From: Perna viridis
Lineage: Eukaryota
Length of the DNA stretch: 64,000 bases
Direction: 5' to 3'
Assembly: GCA_037379345.1 (NCBI GenBank)
Contig: CM074513.1
Coordinates: 49,083,195-49,147,194, forward strand
This document shows positions 52,919 through 64,000 of the stretch, in pieces (positions within the stretch are counted from its first letter, which is position 1; each line of letters opens with the position of its first letter). Made by a program: the position numbers and the translations under genes. Under the pieces are notes generated by a model, which saw nothing but the letters and a program-made list of their open reading frames with translations, was not told where the DNA came from and ran no database searches.

Positions 52919-53156
52919 CAGGCGCGTAGCTGCCGTTAGGCAAAAAAGCTTTTGCCTGCACTTAATTTTGCCATTTTTTTTAGATAAAATACATCCAGAT
53001 GAGGCATAAATGATGCTCTAAAACGCTATCTCCGCGGAGCTTCGGGGGGGGGGGGGAGTGGGCTTCGCCCCCTGGACCTGCTGGGGGCCTAAAGCGGCCC
53101 CAAACCCTCTGCCGTAATTTCGCCTACACTTCAATTTGGCCTCAGCTATGCGCCTG
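52919..53156. mobile_element. non-autonomous DNA transposon related to 32142-32330
   Basis: TIRs caggcgcgtagctg / cagctatgcgcctg, with a shared internal ctgggggcct..agcg.cccc...accc.t..gccgtaattt. attgt is present on both flanks. Confidence 0.75.
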
Positions 53157-56100
53157 ATTGTTTATTTCTGACAAAACCCAATGACAGAATGTAACAACCA
53201 TGTTCCCTTGTCAACAAAACTACCACATTCTAAACATCATTCTATGCACGGCATGCAATTCAAATAGGCAAATAAACATTTCTCTTTTTAAATAGAAGTC
53301 CTGCTTTTCTATAAGCTAAGCATTTATTTTCATGCAAGACAACGAGGTTAAATCATATGAAAACACCACTACTGAAAAAAATATTTGTCAACCAGAATTT
53401 TAAATTTAATCTATGAAATAAAACCGTCATCTTAATAAATGGATTGTATTACCTATTGTATGGATGCAGTGCACTTCCTCAATACTAACAAGAGCATTAA
53501 ACGCTACATAGCACTTCCAATACGAAAATTGTGTTTACGGAGAATACAGATATATTATCATATTTTAAGTTAATGAGCGAAGACTCGAATTAAAATGTGC
53601 ATGAGAAAATTATTAATCTAGAGACTCACAAGATACAAAATGGGTACAAAATAAAAATAGTAAACCTTAGAAGTTAAAATGTCTTGTTCATTTAATGATA
53701 TATAACACCACCTTCTTTTATCAGTCTTGAACTTGATATAGTTTTACATAAATTGGTATGTGACTTATAATAACCTAATTAGACATATTGTTTCATTCCT
53801 TCACTAAATGCAGTGACTTAATGATACGTCTTATCTTAATTATATTGTGATTTATAGTAGTCTATATACGAACGACTACACAGAAAAAATTTTCAAGCCA
53901 AAAAACACGAAATTCTAGTAGGTTTTTAGATAGTGAAAGGCCTTGTTTTAATACAAGTAACAGTGGTCAATGACCCCACTTCAGAAAAATACACCGCATG
54001 GAGCCATTAGTGATATTAAAGTTCAAATCACTGCAATATTTGCAAAACCACAATGTAGTTCACAGGAGAAACTGATTGAGTTTCACCATAATAAATCGAA
54101 TTTTCCTTAATACGAGAAAACTAAGTACCAGAGAGTAAAATAATTCTTGATGCAGCAATTCCCATTCACAACTGAAAATTTGTTTCACTTCCTAAATTGA
54201 AATAACAAAAAGAAGTTCTGACCTTAACACGCAACTAGTTCGATTCCCTTTAGAACGAATTCCTGAATAGATGTTGTATTCCTCAAATAGAATAGGACGG
54301 AGACCGGAGATAAAAGCGCTCTGGGGCTCTATAATTAAGCCATTAGCGGTACACAAAGAATTTTACATGCACTGCACTTCAATGCAGTAACTTCATTTGT
54401 TGGTCTTTATTCAAACGACCTAGTCATTTTACCGACATTCGTAGTAAAGTCCAACTCAGAGATTTATTTAACGAACTACATGTATAAACTTCCACAAGAA
54501 AATTTCAGTAATAACATCTCGTTCGAGGCTTTACAGCATTAACCGACCGATTATATCCACTAATAACTGATTATACACGTGTTTAATAAAACAAAAGTTC
54601 AAATATGTTCTTCCATTCCTACTGGGTTTTCCTGCCATTTTTTCCCAGTTTTTTTGTAGGAGAAACAAATTCTCCTTTAGCCTGTTCTTGAATTAAAATA
54701 TTTTTCAACTTTATGATAAAGTTTAAACTACATGCTCGCTATAGCTTGCATGCTAAAAGTCTGAATTTACCATGCCCCAAAATCAATACCAACCTTCCTT
54801 TTTAAAATTTGGAATCTTTATACAACGTGTTCTGAAGATTAAAGAACAACATGTAATGTTCAAGTTATCGCACGAAAACAAAGAGTCGATGACGACAGCA
54901 GCATACCTGTATATTATTAAAAAAAAAACAGTGGGTGGAGTATCTTCGAGCATTTTTTTCTTTTTCTTTCTTTTTTTTTCAAAGTTTTTTTAAGTAGAGT
55001 AATTGCTTGTTACAAATTATGGAACAAAAAAAGTAATTTATATATGCACCGGTAGCATTGTAGCATTATGACAAAAGCAAAGAACTTGTTCTATCATATT
55101 TCGGTTAATCCTGTGTTCTGTTAAGCTAGGTCGTACATAACACCGTCCTAAAACCTATTTGAACTTGATGTTCCTTGACAAAGTTTATTTGTAACAAAGC
55201 ATGAATAACAATAAAGCGACCTTGATAGCTGACCAACACAAGATATTCTAATTTCCGGGATATTCCCATACAAAATCAGTATAAATATCATATAACAGTT
55301 CCTGACGTCAGAATACAAACCAAAAGTCTCCTTTTGAACTTACCCAATCTATAACGTATCATTGAAGTCACACTGAGTGACGCTCACATTACCCTTACAT
55401 CTGGCAAATATTGCATTTGTGGATAAAATATCAAATTGTGCAACAGTGCAGTATATTTATAAAAAAAACACATTCATCATTCTGTCACTTGTAAGATGAA
55501 GTCGATAGAAAATATACTTAATAATTTACTTAATATAACTTAGTTTCATCTGCTTTGTTGTTGATACTAAACCCTGGTTATTGTGAAGCATGCCTTAAAC
55601 AAAACTAGTTATGCTTCACCGTTAAGATAGCAAAAACGCGAAACATTAATATACAGATGACACAAAATATAAATAAAAAAGTCTACATTTTGTCTACTAC
55701 AATCGTAAAAGTGTTGCGTCTCTCAACTTTTGTCGAAATATCAAAATATGTGATTTGTTAGACAACAGTTGGCTATGTCATCGCGTTTTAGTTGAATCAG
55801 TCGAAAAATGTCTTGCGTCGAAAATTGTTTAGTTGAGGTAGACAAAATACATCCACCTGAAACATTTAATATTACTGTAGCTATATTTTGCCCACCTCAA
55901 CGAACAAAATGTTGGCATAGACATTTTACGTCCAAGTCAACACTAGATATGCTTTGATATGTTAAAAATGTCTATAACAAAACATTATTGTGTTGTGTTA
56001 AACAATTCATGTTTTGATGGACATTTCAAGTGTAATTGAGATGGTCAAAATATGACTGAGCAAGACAAAATGAGCTTTAACGTAAAAAAAATACATAATT

Positions 56101-57559
56101 TGTCTTAGTAATGTTTCGACAGTGCATGGTCATTACCATCTTTAAATCGGCAGTGGCTAAAAGGGAAAATGTGAATGTCATGCATCACTTAACCTCATCA
56201 ATATTTCACCACGTCTCCTCAGAAAGTTGTTCTGGACATTTTACAGACAAATTAGCGTGGCAGATCTTGCATTGGAAATGACCAATTATTTGTTTTACAC
56301 TTATCTTTGTCCACTGTGACAAATCTTTGTACCAAATAAAGTGTACGAATAGGCCTGATTAATAGCTAATGATGACCTATTTGGCCCCTGACGTATTTGT
56401 TTCGTCAGATTTGCATCACAGATTGGACACAATGACAAAGCTAGCATTCCTATACATTTGTTACTGATAAAAATAGGATTAACAAATTGTCACGTACTTT
56501 TACGTGATTTATTTCTTAAAAGTCCAAAATGATGACACAAAATGTTTTGTCAAATGAATTTAGCAAATCCAATACGTTCCAAATGAATAACCCATAACCA
56601 TCATGTGAGTATAAACTGAAAATATACAGATATCTAACTGACATCAGACAGTGTTGACACGTATATTACCTTCAACAACTTTTCAATGACCATAAACACA
56701 TTGCCTGATCTGATCATTCCTTCCCATATACTACATTGTATGTGGTTCCTAAGCGTGTATCATAAAAAATATCGAAGCGTGAACAATGGGACAATTTTAA
56801 TACGTAATACATGTCCAGATGGTGAAAACAGACGATTAACGTACACAATGTACCAAACTGATGAAAATATATCACAAAAGCTGAATATCAGGAAAACAAG
56901 ATGTAGAGCAAAAAAAAAAAAAAAAAACAAAAAAAAAAAACAAAAAAAACTAGCAATATGAATCCCATAAAAACCGGGAGCTATACTAGGTGCACCAGAC
57001 CTGTTCCACTAACGGAATCTGTCATTTTGTATGTAATCCGGTAATATTCTATCAACAATAATGCAGCCATGATTCCCATAAAAAAACTTATATCAAGATG
57101 AAAATGAAGTAAATAATTCGGAATAGGTTAACAATTATTCCAATTAGACAAATTAAAAATTGTTATAATAAAAAAAAACAAAACCATAAAACTTGGGACA
57201 GTACTAACACTATGTTTAAAAACGCGGAACATTTGATCTTTAACTTGATATAACATAGCAATAAATCATGCAAACAAATGACATCGTGTCAAGACAATAA
57301 AATGTATATCTGTGTAATTTCCATGTCCTTGCATGATGGTATTGTGATTAATAAGTGTAACTTAGAAAAAAGAAGTGAATGTTATGACTTTGTAATGATA
57401 CTAATAAAGACTGAACGTACACCGGATTAAGAAGTTTATTTGACAATATCCGCGTTCTACAGAGAAATTCCGTGTACATTACAGTAACGGATCAACTATG
57501 ACACGATACTTCACAGACTGAAGATGTAAACTGCAATTAAAAGAGGAAAAGGTCAAAAT

Positions 57560-57712
57560 CAACACGATTGACATAAATTCAAACGACCTGTATTATCTAT
57601 GTACAAATTAAGATCTAGGTATGACACAAAAGAAGGTGTATCAGTTGTCTTTTTAATTTCAAGCTCATTTGGGTAGATTAGATGCAAGAAATCCTTAAAA
57701 ATAGGATAATTT
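57560..57712 (-). pseudogene. second, independent Penelope-like RT fragment
   Basis: Encodes FKDFLHLIYPNELEIKKTTDTPSFVSYLDLNLYIDNTGRL (IYP.EL.IK.TTD....YLDL motif, RT C-terminal part). Confidence 0.75.
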
Positions 57713-57719
57713 AGATATA

Positions 57720-59800
57720 TAGGTATGGTGAATATGTCAAAGAGAAAACAACCCCACCTGGATGAAAATGTCATCCCAAGGCCACACATTGGTCCTCAGT
57801 GAACAACAAGGAAACCCCCACACCACAGGACAGACTGAAGCTGGCCCCAACACATAATTATACATAGGTACAGCGAAATAGTTGCCACATATTCTTAAGT
57901 AACATAAAAATAAACTAAAGGTGAAAACGAAACGGGATATATAGAGGCCAGAAATTCCTGAATTATGACAGGCGCAAAAAATGCGACGGGGTTAAGGTAC
58001 TTTGCTATGATTATAACCTTCCCCTTTAAAATCTGGCCACTGTGGAAAAATATTAAAATATTACACAATTAAACACACCTAAAAATCAGTTCAAAAATGT
58101 CTGAGTTCCTTGTTACAACGGAAATATAGAAACAGAATGTACATTACACAAATCAAAGAACTTCTAGCATTTAATTGACATGCCAACATCAGAAAAGTTT
58201 AAACCTACAAAAAGTTATGTCCCCATCGTATGTAAAATAAATCGCAATTCTTCCCACGCGGACTTGAGAACCACGGTACATCATAAGTCATACAATAAGA
58301 ACACAACCCAAGTCATGCCAACAACTGCTTTTAATACAGTGTTTTAATTTCTATGTAAATACCATATGGGCAAATTAACGTCAATACCAAAACATGCTAT
58401 CTTTAATGATTTGACAACAATGTCATGTCTAGATCTCTTATGAATGAGTCTATTCAACGTTTCAGTTAGCTTATTGAGTGAGTATCAAGCTTTCCGTGCT
58501 TTGTGTAGAATATTACCGTAAAACAATGGGTGAGGGATACCTGCACGTATCTTTACAAGTACATCTATATTTGAGAATGAGTTCCTTGTATCGGTTAAAA
58601 AATGTGAATGTTTTTATGAGGTAGTGATATCGAAAACCTTGATGTAGTAATTTCTCGGTTATATAAAGATTCCTTTCGTTAAAATCTGAAACATTTTACA
58701 AATACGGTAAATCGAACCAATTGTGATATGCAAACACCAATGATGGTGAAAAGGTGACGTCACCAACTAAAAACGGATAGTTGACAATAGGGAATGAAAA
58801 ATGATCCCTTTATTGTAAATTTTAATATTAAGTTCACCATTATCGATATGAATACTAAGATCGAGAAACGGACATTCTTTATTATCAATATTTGAATTTT
58901 ATTAAAAGACAGTTCTACAGGATATAGATCTTTAGTATAAATATTGAAGTCATCGTTGTTTAGAGCCACAATATCGTCCAAATATCTAACGGTGTTATTA
59001 AATATTTCTACCAAATGTCGTTTGAAAGGGTCTTTATTTATCCTAGCCATAAATTGTGACTCGTGATAGTACAGAAAGAGGTCCGCAATAAGTGGTGTAC
59101 AATCGGTCCCCAGTTGGAATTCCAATAACTTGACGATTAACGGTTCCGCAAATGCATACGAAAATGTTGCCTAACAGGAATTCGTTACATACACATACAC
59201 ATTCACTTAAAAACGGAAACTGAAATTGAAAGACTGGGCTATTCTTTATTTTTCTGTAGTAGCTTAAAAGTTTGTATAGTGGTACAAAAGGTTAGGCTCC
59301 TGCAAAAAGAAACTCTTGGTTTTTTTTAGAATTCCTGAGAATCCACATCTGATTCAAGCCACTTTTAAGTCCATCTTTGACCACCGCAAGTAAAGTTGTA
59401 AGGAGTATTGAAAGAGGTTAAATCATGCATTTGACAGACTCGGCAATATACCTCTGTTTGTAAGGACACTTATGAAGTTTTGGTATCCAATATACAGTAG
59501 GGAGAGCCATATCATCATCATCTACAGAAATACATAAGGACGTTAGTACAGACATGTCATTCCAAATTGTCTTCCATATACGGATAGTACTAAGCAAGTA
59601 TGTTGGACTGCCAAGTGAACTGCCAAGACCAATTTCTTAAATCAGATAGTCAAAATAGTGTCTTTTGCACACAAACATTTTGTTGTTAGGAGCTTTGTCT
59701 GCTGGAACGACAACGAATTAGTCATGAAGATCCCATAAAGTCCTTATCAACTGGTTGGCCTTTGAATTTATTGATGTTTCGAGGCAACGAATTCAGGAAA
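57720..59800 (-). mobile_element. decayed Penelope-like (PLE) retroelement: RT fragment plus 3' region
   Basis: 58760-59125 encodes GTDCTPLIADLFLY...FNNTVRYLDDIVALNN...LYP.EL, the PLE RT motifs G..cAPl.ADLFL and RYLDD. Flanking frames are broken by stops and frameshifts. Confidence 0.85.
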
Positions 59801-60392
59801 GTATTAAAGGCTTTATAGAAGTTTCAAATGTGTTCGTGTGTTCCAGGTATTGGTATAAAAATGATTTGTTGTTATTCTTGTAGTGTGATAACATCGATGT
59901 GGATCCTGAAAAAATTCGAAAGATCTTCTGGTAATTCTCATTTACTTTTTTATTCTATATGCGTTTTATTTTGGTTATTTTATTTTATTTTTTCGTTGTA
60001 TGTGTCTATTTTCATTGTCTAATTGTTATCTTTGGATTATGTTCTTTTTGATCACCGTTCGAATCCTGTTTCCCTTGGTTTCCCAATGCTTCTTTCTGAA
60101 GAAGTTGTATTCAAAATTTGTTCCAACTTGTACTATTATTTTGAATTTTTTGTACGGCATTGATTGTTAAAATGAATGTTTTGCTCGTCCTGAATTGTTA
60201 TATAAAATGATAAGCTCGTTAAGGATTGTTATAGAAAATGATTAGCTCGTCATGGAGATTGTATTATATTATATTTTGTTCTAGTTGAAGTTTCGTTTAA
60301 GATGGTATTGTGATATATAACAATATTCGTCTTGTTGATATTCTTCTACTGAATGTTTTGTTTCTGTTCAATAGAGTTCTATATTGATTTTT

Positions 60393-60712
60393 TTGTTCTA
60401 GTTCGTATTCCTATGCTAAATGTTTTGCGTATGCTGGTATTCGTATGTCGAATGTTTTATTCTAGTTCGTATTCCTATGCTAAATGTTTTGCGTATGCTG
60501 GTATTCGTATGTCGAATGTATTGTTCTAGTTCGTATTCCTATGCTAAATGTTTTGCGTAAGCTGGTATTCGTATATCAAATGTTTTGTTCTAGCTCGCAT
60601 TCCTATGATAAATATTTTATGTAAGCTGGTGTTCGTATAACTAATGATTTGTTCTAGCTCGTATTCAACGGGTCTATGCTATATTTGTTGTGTAAGCTGG
60701 TATTTATATATT
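60393..60712. repeat. about 64-bp (2 x 32) tandem repeat, about 5 copies
   Basis: Unit ttctagttcgtattcctatgctaaatgttttgcgtatgctggtattcgtatgtcgaatgt. Confidence 0.9.
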
Positions 60713-62879
60713 AAATATTTTTTCCCTCTTTGTTTTGTTTTGCTCCTGTTGATATTCTTAAAGTTGATTTCTGTAAGTTGGTTTTCGTTTATTTATGTAA
60801 GAGTTCATATTGCAAATGTTTGAGTGTATTTCGTCTCACACTGCTGCCTGCCTTTGTCTTCCTTTATTTCAATTTGTATATGTAGTTGTATTCTGTTGTG
60901 ACCACGTGTATAATTTATATTAACCAGCGTATAACTTAAATACTAAATACTTTCAGAGATTACCTTTAACAAGTGTACAAACACCTTTAAGTAAGCTCTG
61001 AAAGGGCTCAACAACAAAAGTTATAAAATCCACGGTCAAAGACGATGACCCAAAATCAAACCAACAAAATAATATAACGATTCAGTGACACAACAGGACT
61101 GAGGATAGACGTATAAAATCTGCAGTGGGATTAAACTAGTTTTATAAGGGATTTACCACCTCCCTTTAATGTAAGAATAAAAAAAGAACCGAAATAGCTA
61201 ACATACCCGTGTTTTTACATTACAACCATAAAAGTATATTTTTTCAGCTTGATGCCTTTCTTAAATAAACGTATGTATGAAATGTTGACTATTTTCCTCA
61301 ATACAATTTCTTCCAAGACTTTAGTCCTTTAATTACACATAGTCAATAAACACAACTACAAGCACCCAACCTCTTTTCTTTAAAACAATAATATGCACGA
61401 ATATAGGACATATTGGAAGCCTTTCGCGATTTTTTCTAGAAAATTAAGTCAATCACTACTAACAAACCCTTAAAGTGCAAGAACACTTCAGACGTTTTAT
61501 TATTAATTAAGATGACGGAGTACTACAAATAAATAAAGTATAGTATGTAATTTTCAGTTTTCTTAAATAAATTTTATACGTAAGTATTTCGGCGTTTCAG
61601 GCAATGTCTAATATACACAATATGTCTCAAGTGTCTTTACAATGAAATACCTAAGGATTATTTATTCGGCTCAATAGGCTTTTCTTATTAGCTAAAAAGA
61701 TTTCTGTAGAGAGTATTGCAACAAGATGGCTTCACCCGTCCTCAGCCAAAGTTTGAGAAGTGTTGAAGAGCCAATCGACTCCAAACATAGAATCAAAAAA
61801 GTGTTACTCTTTATATTGATGGGAATTATTAATAAGATTAAGATGAAAGCCTCCAACAAGAAATAATTTCCAAGAAGTTTCCTATAGTGAACCAATAGAT
61901 ATATTGCTTCTACGTGATTGGATCTTATATGTAAACATGTCTGGTATGAATGTATCGACTTTTTAATTGGACGACAAGCTGTGTAAGAGTGTGTTCTTGG
62001 TCAAAAATTGTACTTTAAACGGAAAATGAAGAGGCAGCAAAAACTGAACAACAGGAAGCAGAAACACCAGAGGGGCAACTGACATACATCAATTACATGA
62101 CAATAACAAAGGAAGCAGAGAAGAACAAACTGGAATCAGAAGGGAATAACAATTGGAGAAAAATACATAACAATGACACAAAGCTAGATCGTACTGGTTG
62201 ATCTTTTACGTTTGGAAGAATATCACGGAACTAATAAAGCATACTTTAATTAATATTCAGGTGAAGATTAAAGATATAATAGTAACTTAGATACCCAAGA
62301 AAGTACTTTTCAAGGTAAACCTAATCATCGTTTGACATGTTAGATTAAAAACCTTGGTGTGTAATTATTTTTCATTGATAGTTTTAACAAGGTCTTTCAG
62401 TTTTTTCTTGTCACTGTTAAACATCAGAATTACATAAGACTGTGGAGTATCGACAGATTCATTGAAATAAATGTTTCCTGAACTCGCTACTGAAATGTCA
62501 GATTTAATTACCCTTGATTAGAAAGTTGTGGTTTCAATAAAGAGTGGAACCTTACTTCTGTGATTTTGAAGAACTTTACACTAATTTAACACTTCTGATG
62601 ACACGTAAAAACTCCCATTACTTTAAATATTCAGATTAAATCGCCTGATGGTCACGCAATCTTTTTTTTTTAATTCAAATAAAACCTACACTCACTATAC
62701 TCGGCGTCACATAAATAACATACTGTTAAAATTGGAATAAAAATATTTTCTACGACTTTATTGACACCTACCGTCGTTTAAATTGTCTTAAATGACTTGC
62801 TCATTCGTTTAGCCAAACGGCTTCTCCCTAAACATTGAATTCCGGCCAGATTTTAATTCTCGGTGCCAATATTTACATT

Positions 62880-63263
62880 GTAAAAAGTCGGCCATGTTTA
62901 CAGTGATCGGGTTGCTAGGAGATGTTGTTTACGTTTAAATGGTTTGTCCAAAAACCGAAGAACCCAGAATGCATTTCGGCGTTATTTTGGATATCTCGGA
63001 TTTATTTTACGCGAACAACGTACAATACCGAGAAGTTGATCAAGCAGACGATTGTCACCGGAGTTCGACGGGAACTTACGAACTTCGTTTGTGAACAAAT
63101 CGTCCCGTAGAAACCAACATGGCGGATATTAGTATGGGATATTCCCGTAATGATTCGTTACGCATGATTTATGCTAATAAGCGACTTGTTGGTACTAACA
63201 CGTCATGCATATATGCGAACTATCTTCATATTAGATATAAGAGAGACAACTCTACCGGTAAGT
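62880..63263 (+). promoter_or_regulatory. candidate CpG-rich promoter and first exon
   Basis: YY1-like AACATGGCGG at 63116 and inverted CGGCCATGTT at 62888. RFX-like GTTGCTAGGAGA at about 62910. The ATG at 63119 stays open to a GTAAGT donor at 63258. Confidence 0.3.
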
Positions 63264-63599
63264 CCCGACGGTTTAAAAAGTAGAGCTTCAATTCGAAAAT
63301 GTGTTGTATGTGACGTCGAGTATACATACATTCAAACGACGACTCTCAGGGCAATAAAAATGTTTGGTCAAAGAAATGGCACAGTTAAATGTGAAACATT
63401 TAATACTTCTGAAATTAAAAAGAATATTTTGAACACCCTTAAATATGTGACTTATTAATGAGATGCCTTCCTGTTGTTCAACGTCAATACTTTCTGCTAG
63501 GGATCGCATCATATGTGAATAAGTATCATACAAACACAGTCATACATACAATATGTGTATGTTAATCAACATAATAAACTCATCATATCTTATATCACG

Positions 63600-63773
63600 T
63601 ACTGTAAACGTACTAATTGTCCCTATTTTCGCGACTGATGAAATGGAAGCCGCACTTTTTTTTGTTTCACTAATAACACTTATCATTTTTTGAAACCGCT
63701 AAAATTGAAACCCGCAAAAATGTTCACTTGATGAATCTGCGAAAATTAGTAACCGCGAAATACGAATACAGTA
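63600..63773. mobile_element. TA-flanked MITE-like element inserted in a degenerate tandem repeat
   Basis: Ends tactgta...tacagta, with internal actaatt...ttttcgc / gcgaaaattagt subrepeats. Confidence 0.6.
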
Positions 63774-64000
63774 TGTACCTAATAATAACTCATCGTATCG
63801 TGTATGCGGAGAAGATTTTTATATTGCACCCTGTACAAACTCATTGTAAATGTCTATAATAGGTGAATTATATGTACACATCGTATCATTTGTATGTGTG
63901 TATAATATAAATTCTTCATATCATCAAAAATGTGCATAATATAAACTCCACGTATCACATGTATGTGTATACTAGTAATCAGGGGAACAAAAAAAATTAC

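Noticed and set aside
61716-61866. Short ORF MASPVLSQ... and a coding-like neighbourhood
   Set aside because: Under 50 aa, with no recognisable family and no clear splice structure.

Overview
AT-rich eukaryotic genomic DNA. The repeat families suggest a bivalve mollusc, probably a mytilid (inference). Positions 1-21.8 kb hold two intact spliced genes on opposite strands. (i) Seven internal exons of a SAC-domain phosphoinositide phosphatase (INPP5F/SAC2-like) lie on the minus strand at 161-10304, with the catalytic CX5R(T) motif intact. The gene runs off the left edge, and I could not find its upstream exons in the window. (ii) A complete 8-exon alpha-carbonic anhydrase (432 aa) lies on the plus strand at 11821-21225, apparently nested antisense in an INPP5F intron. 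It has a signal peptide, a GPI-type tail and a 117-aa charged insertion with KR sites near both ends inside the catalytic domain. Four of the seven INPP5F exons have their 3' end plus splice donor copied into the following intron. The rest of the window (about 22-64 kb) has no convincing gene and is visibly richer in CpG. It contains minisatellites, MITE/foldback elements, Helentron-type non-autonomous elements, decayed Penelope-like RT fragments, a head-to-head tRNA-derived repeat, a young retroelement with a structured head, and a possible promoter/first exon near 63 kb. Most ORFs in the supplied track are spurious.
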